DNA of 64,000 bases from Spirochaetia bacterium (GCA_965208575.1 CBDBOV010000004.1:1323875-1387874); one strand, 5' to 3'. Positions 21,957-32,306 are shown, numbered from the stretch's first letter. Numbers and translations are program-made. The notes: generated by a model not told the origin, from the letters alone.

Positions 21957-23519
21957 TCAGTCGTAGTGCCAGTAGATGTCGACGTCGCCGTAGCGGCGGT
22001 ATTGCAGCGCCTCGTGGACGTGCGCCACCGCGATCCGGTCGCAGCCGTCCAGGTCGGCGACGGTGCGGGACAGCTTGATCACCGAGTGCAGCGCGCGGGA
22101 CGAGAGCCGCGCGTGACGCATGCCGCGTTCCAGAGTGCGGAGTTCGGCCTCCCCGAGTTCGCAGTAGCGCTGTACCTCGCGCGGCGGCAGGCGCGCGTTC
22201 AGCCGCCACGGACAGCCGCGGTAGCGCTGCTGCTGGCGGACGCGGGCGTCGCGGACCGCCAGCAGGTAGTGGTCAGGGTGTTCGCCGCCGCGGCCGAGCA
22301 GCTCCGCCGGCGGCGCATCGCTCACCGGGACGCGAATGTCGATGCGGTCGAGCAACGCGCCGCCGAGCCGCTTCCAGTAGTGCTTGACCTCGGTGGTGGA
22401 GCAGATGCAGGCGGCGTGACGGCGGCCCAGGTTGCCGCACGGGCACGGGTTGGCCGTCATCACCAACTGGAAGGAGGAGGGGAAGTTCGCGGTCCGGCCG
22501 GCGCGCACCACGTTGACGAACCCGGTCTCCAGCGGTTCGCGCAGGCATTGCAGAAGCGGGCGCGAGAACTCCGGTCCCTCGTCGAGCATCAGTACGCCGT
22601 GGTGGGCCAGCGACACCTCGCCGGGGCGCAGCAGGCGTCCGCCGCCGACCATTCCCTCCGGCGACGCGCTGTGATGCGGCGCGCGGAACGGCGGCCAGCG
22701 CAGCAGGCCGGCATCCACGGGCAAGCTGCCGGCCACCGAGTGAATCTGCGTCACCGCCAGCGCCTCGCGCCGCGGCAGCGGGGGCAACAGGCCGGCCAGC
22801 CGGTGCCCGGCCATGGTCTTGCCGCTGCCGGGCGGGCCGAACACCAGCAGGTGATGGCCACCGGCGGCCGTCACCGCCAGCGCACGCTTCAGGACGCTGT
22901 GGCCGCGGATGTCGGTGATCTCGCCCAACTCCCGGCGCCACGGCGACGGCCCTTCGGCGGCGCCGTGGCGCGCGCCTGCGCCGGCACCGGGCCGCGCCGC
23001 CGCGGGGGCAACCGCCTGGGCCATGGCGGCGACGGCATCGGTGAGGTTGTCCACGCCCATCACGGTGCCGACGCCGAGCGCCTCCGCTTCCCGCCGGTTG
23101 CCGGACGGCACCAGGAACCAGGAGTGGCCGGCCTCCGCGCCGGCCGTCACCGCGGTCAGGATGCCACTCACCGGATGCACCGCGCCGGCCAGGTTGAGCT
23201 CGCCGCATGCCACCACCGGCACCCGCGGCGCGGGCACCTGGCCGGAGGCGACCAGAATGGCCAGCGCCAGCGGCAGATCGTAGGCGGCACCGACCTTGCG
23301 CACGCCGGCCGGCGACAGGTTGACCAGCACCCGGTCGCGTGGGAACTGAAAACCGCTGTTGCGAATCGCCACCCGCACCCGCTCGCGCGACTCCCGTACC
23401 GCATCATCGGGCAGACCGACGATGTCGACGCCGGGAATGCCGCGGCGCAGGTCGACCTCCACCGCTACCAGATCACCATCCACGCCGAATGGGGCGTGGC
23501 CAAAAACCAATGCACGCAA
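21957..23519 (-). CDS. comM: YifB/ComM Mg-chelatase-like AAA+ ATPase
   Basis: IVGLPDDAVRESRERV, VNLSPA, GPPGSGKTM, FRAPHHSAS, GEVSLAHHGVLMLDE, NPCPCG, LLDRID. Confidence 0.93.
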   Translation of the reverse strand: MRALVFGHAPFGVDGDLVAVEVDLRRGIPGVDIVGLPDDAVRESRERVRVAIRNSGFQFPRDRVLVNLSPAGVRKVGAAYDLPLALAILVASGQVPAPRVPVVACGELNLAGAVHPVSGILTAVTAGAEAGHSWFLVPSGNRREAEALGVGTVMGVDNLTDAVAAMAQAVAPAAARPGAGAGARHGAAEGPSPWRRELGEITDIRGHSVLKRALAVTAAGGHHLLVFGPPGSGKTMAGHRLAGLLPPLPRREALAVTQIHSVAGSLPVDAGLLRWPPFRAPHHSASPEGMVGGGRLLRPGEVSLAHHGVLMLDEGPEFSRPLLQCLREPLETGFVNVVRAGRTANFPSSFQLVMTANPCPCGNLGRRHAACICSTTEVKHYWKRLGGALLDRIDIRVPVSDAPPAELLGRGGEHPDHYLLAVRDARVRQQQRYRGCPWRLNARLPPREVQRYCELGEAELRTLERGMRHARLSSRALHSVIKLSRTVADLDGCDRIAVAHVHEALQYRRYGDVDIYWHYD

Positions 23520-23600
23520 ATGCTGCCTCCCGCCCTGAACAACGGGAAACTATTCGGTACCGCTTCAGAACCGCGTGCGAGCCGCCGCGGCGAAGGGGCA

Positions 23601-24065
23601 CTAGCTCCGGCCGGCGGTGTCCCGGTCGGCTGCAATGGCAGCCTGTACGAGGGCATGACAGCGCTCGTTGCGCGGGTCGCCGGCGTGCCCGCGAACCCAG
23701 CGGAACTGCGCCCCCGTGTCCGCCGCCACCTGGTCGAGCATCCGCCACAGCCTGGCGTTCTTTACCGGCTGCTTGGCAGCGGTGAGCCAGCCGTTCGCCC
23801 GCCAACGGCGTATCCACGAAGTAATGCCCTGCTGCACGTAGGTGGAGTCGGTGAACACCACCACCTCCGCCGCGGCCGCCTCCGGCTGGTCGCGCGCGGC
23901 GCGCAACGCCTGGATCACGGCGATCAGTTCCATGCGGTTGTTGGTGGTGGCGGCGGCCGCACCGGAGTCTTCGAGCACGCGCCCCGGCGGCAGCGTGAGG
24001 TGGAACGCCCAGCCGCCGGGGCCGGGGTTGCCGAGACAGCCGCCGTCGGTAAACGCTTCGATCAC
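23601..24065 (-). CDS. rnhA: Ribonuclease HI
   Basis: FTDGGCLGNPGPGGW, TTNNRMEL, TDSTYV, WVRGHAG..NERC. Start at GTG 24065, or at ATG 24155 if the repeat is translated. Confidence 0.93.
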   Translation of the reverse strand: MIEAFTDGGCLGNPGPGGWAFHLTLPPGRVLEDSGAAAATTNNRMELIAVIQALRAARDQPEAAAAEVVVFTDSTYVQQGITSWIRRWRANGWLTAAKQPVKNARLWRMLDQVAADTGAQFRWVRGHAGDPRNERCHALVQAAIAADRDTAGRS

Positions 24066-24086
24066 CGGTCGCCGCCGCGGCCGTTC

Positions 24087-24146
24087 CTGACTGTCGGTCG
24101 TCTGACTGTCGGTCGTCTGACTGTCGGTCGTCTGAGTGTTGGTCGT
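24087..24146. repeat. 15-bp tandem repeat (VNTR), 4 copies
   Basis: ctgactgtcggtcgt three times exactly, plus ctgagtgttggtcgt. No spacers between copies. Confidence 0.95.
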
Positions 24147-24233
24147 ACTGTGCATCGTGCGATGCGCGATCTTACTACGTTCCGGCGGGCGGCGGCCGGC
24201 GGGCGGCGCCGATCGCCTGATTGCGCCCGGGCG

Positions 24234-24262
24234 TCGACGCGGCCAGCCGGATTCCTTATACT
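24234..24262 (+). promoter_or_regulatory. Sigma70-type promoter of tRNA-Met
   Basis: TCGACG-N17-TATACT about 50 bp upstream of the tRNA. Confidence 0.6.
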
Positions 24263-24312
24263 GTGGAAGGTCAGCACGCCGCGCGGGGCCGCCGCCGGCA
24301 GGCTGGTATTCC

Positions 24313-24386
24313 GGCGGTGTAGCTCAGTCGGTCAGAGCAAGCGGCTCATATCCGCTGTGTCAGGGGTTCGAGTCCCTTCACCGCTA
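24313..24386 (+). tRNA. tRNA-Met(CAT), probably elongator (Ile2 not fully excluded)
   Basis: Acceptor stem GGCGGTG/CACCGCT, D arm AGCTCAGTCGGTCAGAGC, anticodon arm AGCGG-CTCATAT-CCGCT, T loop GTTCGAGTC. CCA is not encoded. Confidence 0.93.
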
Positions 24387-24584
24387 GTCGGCGCCGGTCG
24401 GCGCAAGGTCGCCCGGCAGCCGCAATCAGAATCAACAAGCCCGTTGCATGACAGCCGCCCCCGTCCTCCACCGTGGGGCTCCAGCGCCAGAGGAGCCCTC
24501 CGGCAGAGGGCCCACCCCACGCAACACCGCGTCCAGCCCGAACACGAAGTCCCGGCCGCCCCACCAAGAACGGCCGCCCCACCC

Positions 24585-24616
24585 AAAAAAGGCCGCCCCA
24601 CATGGGCGGCCCTTTT
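24585..24616. terminator. Intrinsic terminator between the convergent tRNAs (strongest for the minus strand)
   Basis: AAAAAA-GGCCGCCC-cacat-GGGCGGCC-CTTTT. Confidence 0.85.
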
Positions 24617-24637
24617 CGCGCAACGGCGTTGAATGGA

Positions 24638-24710
24638 TAGCAGGGGCAGGATTCGAACCTGCGACCTCCGGGTTATGAGCCCGACGAGCTGCCAACTGCT
24701 CTACCCTGCG
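24638..24710 (-). tRNA. Initiator tRNA-fMet(CAT)
   Basis: Reverse complement CGCAGGGTAGAGCAGTTGGCAGCTCGTCGGGCTCATAACCCGGAGGTCGCAGGTTCGAATCCTGCCCCTGCTA: unpaired C1, and GGG/CCC in the anticodon stem. Confidence 0.96.
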
Positions 24711-24723
24711 TCGTCAGACCGTT

Positions 24724-24752
24724 AAGATAGCAGCTATCGCTCCGCCCGTCAA
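24724..24752 (-). promoter_or_regulatory. Sigma70 promoter of tRNA-fMet
   Basis: TTGACG-N17-TATCTT on the minus strand, 13 bp before the tRNA. Confidence 0.8.
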
Positions 24753-24836
24753 CCGCAAAAACCACCGCGGCGTACCCCTCCCTGGGTCGCCGCACGGAGC
24801 CGTTGGCGGATGCCGGTTGGGCCTTTGGGAGTGGTC

Positions 24837-25046
24837 CTAGTACTTCTTCAGCGCGGTGAGCTTGCGCTGTTTCTTCAGCCGCTTGCGCTCAAGGGCCTTG
24901 CGCTTCTTGTTGCGCACCGTCGAGGGCTTCTCGAAATACTCGCGCCGCTTCCACTCGCGAACGATGCCCTCCTTCTCCACCATGCGTTTGAAGCGCTTCA
25001 GCGCTTTCTCAAGCAGTTCGTCCTCGCCGACGGTTACATGTGCGAT
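24837..25046 (-). CDS. rpsU: 30S ribosomal protein S21 (apparent ATC start codon)
   Basis: [51 protein letters not shown] lies 9 nt before the ATC at 25046. Confidence 0.93.
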   Translation of the reverse strand: MAHVTVGEDELLEKALKRFKRMVEKEGIVREWKRREYFEKPSTVRNKKRKALERKRLKKQRKLTALKKY

Positions 25047-25098
25047 GGGTGCAATCCTCCTTTCGGACCAACGGCCGGTTTTCGCGGCCGCGGGTCCA

Positions 25099-26244
25099 TC
25101 AGGGAAATAAAGTACCCAAATCGTCCGGTATGTCAACCAACGGCGTGGTAACCAGCACATCCGGGTCGACCGCGACCCCGGCGGCACGCACCTCCCAGTG
25201 CAGGTGCGGTCCGGTAGCCAGCCCCGTGCTGCCGATCGCGCCGAGCGCGGTGCCGGGCGCGACCCGCTCGCCGAGGGCCACGTTGAGCCGCGACAGGTGG
25301 TAGTACAGCGAGTACACCGCCGGCAGATGCTCGATCACCACGGTAAGACCCGTGATAATGCGGAACCTGGCCATCACCACCGTGCCCGCGCCCGCTGCCA
25401 CCACCACGGTGCCCTCCGGCGCCGCCAGGTCGACGCCGTTGTGTATGGACCGATCGGTGCGGCCGTCGTCATAGCGGTACAGCCGCCGGTCGCCGAACCC
25501 GGCGCTGCGGCGGGCGCCCACCACCGGGTACCGCAACCTGCCCGTGTGGCCACCGTCGACCCGCCGCCAGGTACCGAGCAGGTTCCACAGTTCACGCGCC
25601 TGCTCGACGCGCTCGGGGTCTTCGCGGCGGCGCAGCTCGCCGAGCCCCGTGCGCAGGGGGATTTCCTCTTCGGCGAAGCGGCGGGTACCCACGAACAGGG
25701 GTTCGACGGCCTGCAGCACCGGCACTTCCGCCGCCACCGACTCGGGGCCGCCCATGCCGGTTACCAGCAGTTGGCCGATTCCCGGCTCCGCGGTACTGGG
25801 GATGCCGAGCACCGCGACCCACAGACGGTCGGACCGCTCGCCCGCGGCGCCCCTGCCGGCGGCGAAGGCTCGGGCGGAGACCAGGGTCCCCGCGGCCGTG
25901 CGCACGCTTACCCGCACGCCGGACAGCGGCTGCGCGGTGGCCAGGTATACACGCAGCGGTGCACCCGGAACGACCTCGCGCGGGGTGCTCAGCAGCGGCG
26001 CCGGTGGCGGCGCACCCGCCGGCGTGCGTACCAGCAGCCCGGCAATCAGCGCCAGCCGGCCGTCCTCGAACCGGTGGCGGGTACCGACGCGCTGCCACGC
26101 GGACCAGCCCCGCTCCACGAACGGCGCGCCGTCGGGGCCGATCACCGGCTCCAGCGCCGCCGGTTCCGCGGCCGCGGGCAGGCCGGTCAGGCAGGCCCAC
26201 GCCGCGGCGACGGCAGGCAGGGTGCGCAGGAGTCGCCGGATCAC
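25099..26244 (-). CDS. M23 family metallopeptidase, secreted
   Basis: Signal peptide; [35 protein letters not shown] overlap with the recJ stop. Confidence 0.88.
   Translation of the reverse strand: MIRRLLRTLPAVAAAWACLTGLPAAAEPAALEPVIGPDGAPFVERGWSAWQRVGTRHRFEDGRLALIAGLLVRTPAGAPPPAPLLSTPREVVPGAPLRVYLATAQPLSGVRVSVRTAAGTLVSARAFAAGRGAAGERSDRLWVAVLGIPSTAEPGIGQLLVTGMGGPESVAAEVPVLQAVEPLFVGTRRFAEEEIPLRTGLGELRRREDPERVEQARELWNLLGTWRRVDGGHTGRLRYPVVGARRSAGFGDRRLYRYDDGRTDRSIHNGVDLAAPEGTVVVAAGAGTVVMARFRIITGLTVVIEHLPAVYSLYYHLSRLNVALGERVAPGTALGAIGSTGLATGPHLHWEVRAAGVAVDPDVLVTTPLVDIPDDLGTLFP
25109..25136 (-). promoter_or_regulatory. Sigma70 promoter for rpsU, embedded in the 3' end of the M23 gene
   Basis: TTGACA-N16-TACTTT on the minus strand. 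Confidence 0.7.
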
Positions 26245-28349
26245 CGCTCCAGGTCGAGAATGGTCAGTTGCAGGGTCTCGACCTGCGCGAAGTGGGAGCG
26301 GGTGACGCGGAACACGATGGTGACCCGGTCGCCCGCCGCGAACTCGGTACCGGCCTTGTCGGCCGCGTTCCAGTACAGCGCCGGCCAGCGATAGCCGCCC
26401 GCGTCGAGCAGCAGCTTGGCGTGCGCCGGCTGCCCCTTGCCCACCAGGTCCACCTGCAGAATCTCCACGTCGCGCATCAGGAACGCCAGCGGCGGATGGC
26501 CCGCGCCGTAGGGGGCAAACAGATCCGCCGTCTGCCACACCTCCGGGGTCAGAAAGTCGGGCGGGATCTCGGCGTCCACCGCACGCGCGGCCGCGGCCGG
26601 GGCGGCCACCGCATCCAGGGTCTCGGCCAACTGCTCCAGGCGCGCGGCCAGGCTTGCCAGCTCGGAAGACGCCAGGTTGAACCCTCCCGCCATGGCATGG
26701 CCGCCCCAGCGCAGCAGCAGATCATCCACGGGACCGAGAATGTCCGCCACCGGCAAGCCCGGCAGGGTGCGTACCGATCCGCTCGCCTCCTCGCCGCGGT
26801 CGGCGACCACGACGGCCGGCGTGTGGAACGCCTCCATGAGCCGCGCCGCCAGCATGCCGGTGATGCCGCGCGGCACCTCCGGATCGATCACCCACAGCAG
26901 CTTGCCTCCGGAGCGCTCGTAACTGCGGCGGGCACCCGCCTGCACGCGCGTCCAGGCCTGGTCCGCCACGCCGCGGCGCTGCTTGTTGAGTTCCAGCAGC
27001 CGCTGCGCGAGCGCGCTTGCTTCCTCCTGTTCGCGGGTCAGCAGCATGCGCACGGCGGTCGGTGCCTCGCCCATGCGGCCCGCCGAGTTGACCACCGGCG
27101 ACAGGTGGAACGACACGTCGATGGTGGACAGTTGCTTGCCGTACAGATTCACGCGGCCGAGCAACTCACGCAGACCGATCCGCTCGGTGGCGGCCAGGGC
27201 GCGCAGCCCGCGCTTGACCAGGATGCGATTCTCGTCGCGCAGCGGCATCAGGTCGGCGATGGTCGAAAGCGCGACCAGGTCCAGCGTCGCGTTGCCCTCC
27301 TCCATCAATTCCGGATAGCGCCGCAACGCGATCACGGTGAACAGCTCGGTGAGTACGTCCAGCTCGGTCAGCGACTGGTCGCTGTAGCGAGCCCGCTTGC
27401 TGCGCTCGCGGAGCTGCAGCAGCGACTGTCCGGCGGTGCGCGGATACATCTCCGTCACCTCCGATGCCAGGTCGTGCGGTTCCAGGTCCACGGGTCCGCA
27501 GGCACGCGCGATCAGGCTGCGCACCAGGTCCCGGTCGTATACCAGGATCTCGCAGCCGTCGGCAAACCGCGCGAGGCGCTCCGCGACGGCCAGGCCGGCG
27601 CCCGGATTGACCGTTTCGAAAAGCTTGCCGGCGGGCACCAGGTTGGTCAGCCGGACCGCCTCGATCACAATGCTGTCCTGCAGCGGCCGCGCATTGAGCA
27701 GACAGACCGTCTCGCCGAACAGACCGGTGCGCGCAAAGCGCAGCGCCCACGCCAGTTTCCACACCACGCCGCAGGCGGACAGATCGACGAACGGGTAGGC
27801 GGAACCGGACAGCTTGGGATCCACCACCAGCGCATCGGGCACCTCCTCCGACGGTTCGTGATGATCGACCACGACCACGTCGATCCCGCGCTGCCGGGCG
27901 GCGGCGATCTCGGTGCAGGCGGTTACTCCGCAGTCGACGGTGATCAGCAGGCGCACGCCGGCTGCTTCCAGGTCATCGACCAGCGCGCCGGTGATCCCGT
28001 ACGGCTCATCGCCCTCCGGCAGCCGCCAGCTCACCGTAGCGCCCATCTCCTGCAAGGTGTCCACCATCAACGCCGTCGAAGTGACGCCATCCACGTCGCG
28101 GTCGCCGAACACCAGGATCGGCTCGTCCCCGGCCACCGCGTCGATGATGCGCTGCACGGCGGCCGCCATGCCGGGCAGGGCGAACGGGTTGTGGAGGTAG
28201 CGAGCATCCTCCTCCAGGAGGTACAGCACCGAGCGGGCGTCGCCGAGTCCGCGGCGCGCCACGATCGCGCTTGCCAGCAGGTTCAGACGATAGCGGCGCG
28301 CGATGCGGCGCACCTCGGATGAGTCTACGGCGGTCTTGGACCAGTCCAT
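26241..28349 (-). CDS. recJ: Single-stranded DNA exonuclease RecJ
   Basis: FGDRDVDGVTS, ITVDCG, VVDHH, STIADLMPL..ENR, NSAGRM, GSVR, GGHAMAGG. Confidence 0.95.
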   Translation of the reverse strand: MDWSKTAVDSSEVRRIARRYRLNLLASAIVARRGLGDARSVLYLLEEDARYLHNPFALPGMAAAVQRIIDAVAGDEPILVFGDRDVDGVTSTALMVDTLQEMGATVSWRLPEGDEPYGITGALVDDLEAAGVRLLITVDCGVTACTEIAAARQRGIDVVVVDHHEPSEEVPDALVVDPKLSGSAYPFVDLSACGVVWKLAWALRFARTGLFGETVCLLNARPLQDSIVIEAVRLTNLVPAGKLFETVNPGAGLAVAERLARFADGCEILVYDRDLVRSLIARACGPVDLEPHDLASEVTEMYPRTAGQSLLQLRERSKRARYSDQSLTELDVLTELFTVIALRRYPELMEEGNATLDLVALSTIADLMPLRDENRILVKRGLRALAATERIGLRELLGRVNLYGKQLSTIDVSFHLSPVVNSAGRMGEAPTAVRMLLTREQEEASALAQRLLELNKQRRGVADQAWTRVQAGARRSYERSGGKLLWVIDPEVPRGITGMLAARLMEAFHTPAVVVADRGEEASGSVRTLPGLPVADILGPVDDLLLRWGGHAMAGGFNLASSELASLAARLEQLAETLDAVAAPAAAARAVDAEIPPDFLTPEVWQTADLFAPYGAGHPPLAFLMRDVEILQVDLVGKGQPAHAKLLLDAGGYRWPALYWNAADKAGTEFAAGDRVTIVFRVTRSHFAQVETLQLTILDLER

Positions 28350-28361
28350 GGCGAACGGCTG

Positions 28362-29060
28362 CTACCGGGCCGCCGCGCGCCGGCTGGTCAGCGCCACGTA
28401 GCGGGCACCGGCGCGGTGCAGGTGCGACTCGAACAGCACCAGTTGATCGAGAACGAACCGGGCCGGCACGGCGCCATGCCCGCGTGGGCGCCGCAGGTCG
28501 ACGCTGAGGCGAGTATCGCCGTCCGACGCGGCGGTGCCGGTGCCGGCCAGGGCCGCCCGGTCGGGCAGCCGCCAGTGGCGGCCGTGCCGCACGCGCGCCA
28601 CGGTGACGTGCGGCAGCGGGCGGCGCGCCGGTACCACGAACCCCGCGGCGCCGATACGGTTGCGCGCCGCGGCGAGAAATGCCGCCAAGGCATCGTGTCC
28701 CTCGCCGAATACCGCGCACACCACCCGCGCCGCGCCCCGCGGAGGCAATTGCGCGAGCCCGGCCAGGGCGCAGGGCAGCGCCGCCGGGAGCGCCGCCGCC
28801 ACCTGCCCGCACAGCGTGTGCGCGCGGCTCAGATCGTCTGCTGCGAGGGGGCCGAAGAAGTGCACGGTAGCATGGTAACCCACCGGGGCGACCAGGCGCA
28901 GGTGGGCTGCATGGGCGGCGAGTGCGGACTGTGCCAAGGCGGCCAGTTCGCGGCGCGCCGCCGCCGGCAGCGGCAGCGCCAGGAACACGCGCCGGGCTCC
29001 GGCCGGCGCGCGCCTCCCGCTCACGGCCCCGCCGCCGGACCCGCCGCCGGGGCCGCTCAC
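28362..29060 (-). CDS. thpR: RNA 2',3'-cyclic phosphodiesterase (2H family)
   Basis: RVFLAL, two HxT motifs (YHATVHFFG, PHVTVAR), LFESHL..GARY. GTGA overlap with recO. Confidence 0.82.
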   Translation of the reverse strand: MSGPGGGSGGGAVSGRRAPAGARRVFLALPLPAAARRELAALAQSALAAHAAHLRLVAPVGYHATVHFFGPLAADDLSRAHTLCGQVAAALPAALPCALAGLAQLPPRGAARVVCAVFGEGHDALAAFLAAARNRIGAAGFVVPARRPLPHVTVARVRHGRHWRLPDRAALAGTGTAASDGDTRLSVDLRRPRGHGAVPARFVLDQLVLFESHLHRAGARYVALTSRRAAAR

Positions 29061-29839
29061 AGGATCCCGGCCGCGCAACGCAACGAATTCAGCGGACGCT
29101 CCAGGCCGTGCTCGACCAACTGCTGCAACGCCCGGCGTACCTGCTCGGCTCCCGTGAACGAGTACGCGCCGGCGGCTGCCAGCGGCAGGCCGCCGGTAGC
29201 AAGCAGATAGCGCCGCGCCGCCGCGTCCATGCGCAACCCGGCCGCGGGCAGGTCCCGGACGCTGCGCGCCGCGGCGCAGTGCCGGCACCAGCTTCCGCCG
29301 TGCGCCGCGAGGCGCAGATCCTCGTGCGCCGCGAGGGTACGGCCGCACGAATCGCACGCCTCCAGGTCGGGCATGATGCCCAGGTGCTGCAGCGCGCGCC
29401 ACAACACCTGCGCCGACAACGGCCCCACCTCGCCGGCCACGGCGGCGTCCAGCCGCTGCAGCGCCTCCACCAGCAGCGCGTACAGGTCGCCGGCGTGGGT
29501 GCCGCCGCCGTGGCTGCGCAGGACGATCTCCACCCACAGCGAAGCGGTAAAGAACTTGCGCAGGTCGGCCCGGATCGACGGGTGCAGGCTGCGCGCCTCC
29601 ACGTCCGTGACCTTGAACGCGCGGCGTACCGGGTCGTGATAAAGATAGGCGGTGACGAGGGCAAACGGGATCGCCGCCGGCTTCAGCCTGCTCACCGCTT
29701 TGCCGGCGCCGTGGGCGGTCGCGTACACGATCCCGCGCTCGCCGGTGAACAAGGTGACGCGGCGGTGAATCTCCCCCATGCGTGCCGCCTGCAGCACCAC
29801 TGCCGACTCGATCGAGTTGCGACGCCGATCTGACGGCAT
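29057..29839 (-). CDS. recO: DNA repair protein RecO
   Basis: AVVL...GEIHRRVTLFT.ERGIV.A.AHGA.K..SRL, and a zinc finger CDSC...CRHC. Confidence 0.88.
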   Translation of the reverse strand: MPSDRRRNSIESAVVLQAARMGEIHRRVTLFTGERGIVYATAHGAGKAVSRLKPAAIPFALVTAYLYHDPVRRAFKVTDVEARSLHPSIRADLRKFFTASLWVEIVLRSHGGGTHAGDLYALLVEALQRLDAAVAGEVGPLSAQVLWRALQHLGIMPDLEACDSCGRTLAAHEDLRLAAHGGSWCRHCAAARSVRDLPAAGLRMDAAARRYLLATGGLPLAAAGAYSFTGAEQVRRALQQLVEHGLERPLNSLRCAAGIL

Positions 29840-29890
29840 GCGGGGCAGCTTACCGCCGTCCGGCGAACGCATCAACCCCGCGCCGCAAAC

Positions 29891-29920
29891 TTGACTCGAC
29901 GCGGCGCCGGCAACTAAGTT
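29891..29920 (+). promoter_or_regulatory. Sigma70-type promoter placing +1 at or near the lon ATG
   Basis: TTGACT-N18-TAAGTT-N7-ATG, with no SD. Confidence 0.6.
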
Positions 29921-29927
29921 CAATGCG

Positions 29928-32306
29928 ATGGAGCACCGGCAAATCATCCCCGCCGATACGGTTCTCCCGCCGAAGCTCATTATTCTGCCGCTGCACAACA
30001 GTCCCATGTTCCCCGGCGTCTTTACGCCGATGATGATCCCCGAGGGACGCGACGAACGGGTGGTGCGCAAAGCCCTCAATGGAGACGGTTGCGTCGGCCT
30101 CGTAATGCTCCGTGGCGGCGCCGCGGCGGAGCCGCAGCGTGGCGCCCAATACAAGCTCGCAGCGGACGATCTGCACGCCGTCGGCACGGCCGCAAAGATT
30201 GTCCGCAAGATCAACCTTCCGGATGGTGGAATCAACATTTTTCTGTCCACGCTGAAGCGCTTTCGGATTGCCAAGGTACTGTCTCCCGAGGCCCCCGTGA
30301 CCGCCGCCGTAGAGTATCTGGACAGCAGCAACATGGAGTCGCTCGAAGTACGCGCTCTGACGCGCGCGCTGATCACCGAAATGAAGCAGATATCGGAGAA
30401 CAATCCGCTGTTTTCGGAAGAAATGCGGCTCAACATGGTGAACATCGACGATCCCGGCAAGATTGCCGATTTCGTGGCCTCCATTCTGAACATTGACGGT
30501 GCCGAGAAGCAGAGCGTGCTGGACACCCTGGACGTCCGCGAACGCATGGAGCGGGTGCTCGTGTTCATCAAGAAGGAACAGGAGCTGCTGCGCATCCAGA
30601 AGCGCATCCAGGACCAGCTCAACCAGAAAATCGAAAAGAGCCAGCGCGAGTATTTCCTCAAGGAGCAGTTGAAGGCGATCAAGACCGAGCTCGGCATGCC
30701 GGTCGATGCCAAGTCGAGCGAACACCAGCGCTTGTCGGAGGCGTTCGAGCGGCTTGAACTGCACGGCGAGGCACGCGAGCGGGTCGACGACGAGATGGAG
30801 AAGTTTGCGCTGATGGATCCGAGTTCGGCCGAGTTCGTCGTTACGCGCAATTACCTGGAGACGATTGCCGCGCTGCCCTGGCACGAACCCGATCCCAAGC
30901 TGGTCGATCTGGGCCGCGCCGAGCGCCGGTTGGAGCGCGATCACTACGGCCTCGAAGATGTCAAGGAGCGTGTCCTCGAGTATCTCGCGGTCGGCCGCCT
31001 GAAGGCCGGCAACGGAGCCGGCGTCTGGCGCGGTTCGATCATTTGCCTGGTCGGGCCGCCCGGCGTCGGCAAGACCTCGATCGGCAAGTCGATTGCCGGC
31101 GCGCTCGGCCGCGAGTTCTTCCGTTTCTCGGTCGGCGGCATGCGCGATGAGGCAGAGATCAAGGGCCACCGGCGCACCTACGTCGGCGCCATGCCGGGCA
31201 AGATCATACAAGGCTTGAAGATCGCCAAGGTGCGCGATCCCGTGTTCATGATCGATGAGATCGACAAGCTCGGAGCGTCGTTCCAGGGCGATCCCTCGTC
31301 GGCGCTGCTGGAGGTCCTGGACGGCGAGCAGAACCACGCGTTTCGGGACCACTATCTGGACCTGCCATTCGACATCTCTCCGGTCATGTTCATCGCCACC
31401 GCGAACACCGTGGACACCATTCCGGCGCCGTTGCTGGATCGCATGGAAGTGATTCGGTTGTCCGGCTACGTCGACCAGGAGAAGGTCAACATCGCTCGCC
31501 GCTATCTCATTCCCAAGTCGCTTGAGCGCACCGGAATCGGCAAGAATCAGATCAAGTACCAGGCCACCACGCTGCGCCATATCAGTCACGGTTGGGCACG
31601 CGAGGCGGGCGTCCGGAACTTCGAGAAGGCGCTCGACCGGATTCATCGCAAGGTGGCCAGGAAGATGATCACGGACGACCTCGAACTGCCGATCAGGATC
31701 ACTCCGGAGCGGCTTGAGGATTTTCTCGGCAAGCCCGTCTTCGGTGATGAACAGCGCAACCGGATTACCGCGCCCGGCATGGTGATGGGACTGGCATGGA
31801 CCGCTCTCGGCGGTGCCGTGCTGATGGTGGAAGCGGTCGCCAACGTTGGTCGCGGCGGCATCACCCTGACCGGAAAGATGGGCGAAGTGATGCAGGAGTC
31901 GGCCAACATCGCGTATTCCTTCGTGCGCTTGGCGGCGTCCCGGCACGGTGTTCGCGCCGACTACTTCGACAACCACAGAATCCACCTGCACATACCCGCC
32001 GGGGCGACGCCCAAGGACGGTCCGTCGGCGGGAATCACGATGGCGTGTGCACTGCTCTCCCTGGTAACCGGGAGACGGGTACGCCGGTCGCTGGCCATGA
32101 CCGGCGAACTGTCGCTGGTCGGCAAGGTGCTGGCGGTCGGCGGACTGAAAGAGAAGGTCATTGCGGCGCGCCGCAACAAGGTGCGCGAAATCGTCTTTCC
32201 GAGCGGCAATTCCCGCGATCTCGACGAGATCGCGGACAACATCAAGAAGGGAATCGTGTTCACGCCGGTGGATTCCATGGACGACGTGGTCGAGCGCCTG
32301 TTTTGA
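29928..32306 (+). CDS. lon: ATP-dependent protease La
   Basis: [63 protein letters not shown]. Confidence 0.98.
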   Translation: MEHRQIIPADTVLPPKLIILPLHNSPMFPGVFTPMMIPEGRDERVVRKALNGDGCVGLVMLRGGAAAEPQRGAQYKLAADDLHAVGTAAKIVRKINLPDGGINIFLSTLKRFRIAKVLSPEAPVTAAVEYLDSSNMESLEVRALTRALITEMKQISENNPLFSEEMRLNMVNIDDPGKIADFVASILNIDGAEKQSVLDTLDVRERMERVLVFIKKEQELLRIQKRIQDQLNQKIEKSQREYFLKEQLKAIKTELGMPVDAKSSEHQRLSEAFERLELHGEARERVDDEMEKFALMDPSSAEFVVTRNYLETIAALPWHEPDPKLVDLGRAERRLERDHYGLEDVKERVLEYLAVGRLKAGNGAGVWRGSIICLVGPPGVGKTSIGKSIAGALGREFFRFSVGGMRDEAEIKGHRRTYVGAMPGKIIQGLKIAKVRDPVFMIDEIDKLGASFQGDPSSALLEVLDGEQNHAFRDHYLDLPFDISPVMFIATANTVDTIPAPLLDRMEVIRLSGYVDQEKVNIARRYLIPKSLERTGIGKNQIKYQATTLRHISHGWAREAGVRNFEKALDRIHRKVARKMITDDLELPIRITPERLEDFLGKPVFGDEQRNRITAPGMVMGLAWTALGGAVLMVEAVANVGRGGITLTGKMGEVMQESANIAYSFVRLAASRHGVRADYFDNHRIHLHIPAGATPKDGPSAGITMACALLSLVTGRRVRRSLAMTGELSLVGKVLAVGGLKEKVIAARRNKVREIVFPSGNSRDLDEIADNIKKGIVFTPVDSMDDVVERLF

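Noticed and set aside
24087-24146. Possible mini CRISPR array
   Set aside because: The repeats are contiguous 15-mers without spacers, and no cas genes are present.
24313-24710. Prophage or integrative element at the tRNA genes
   Set aside because: No integrase and no duplicated tRNA 3' end were found in the window.
24837-25187. 116-aa N-terminally extended S21 from the ORF track
   Set aside because: That start lies inside the M23 gene, upstream of the rpsU promoter; the SD position and normal S21 length point to 25046.
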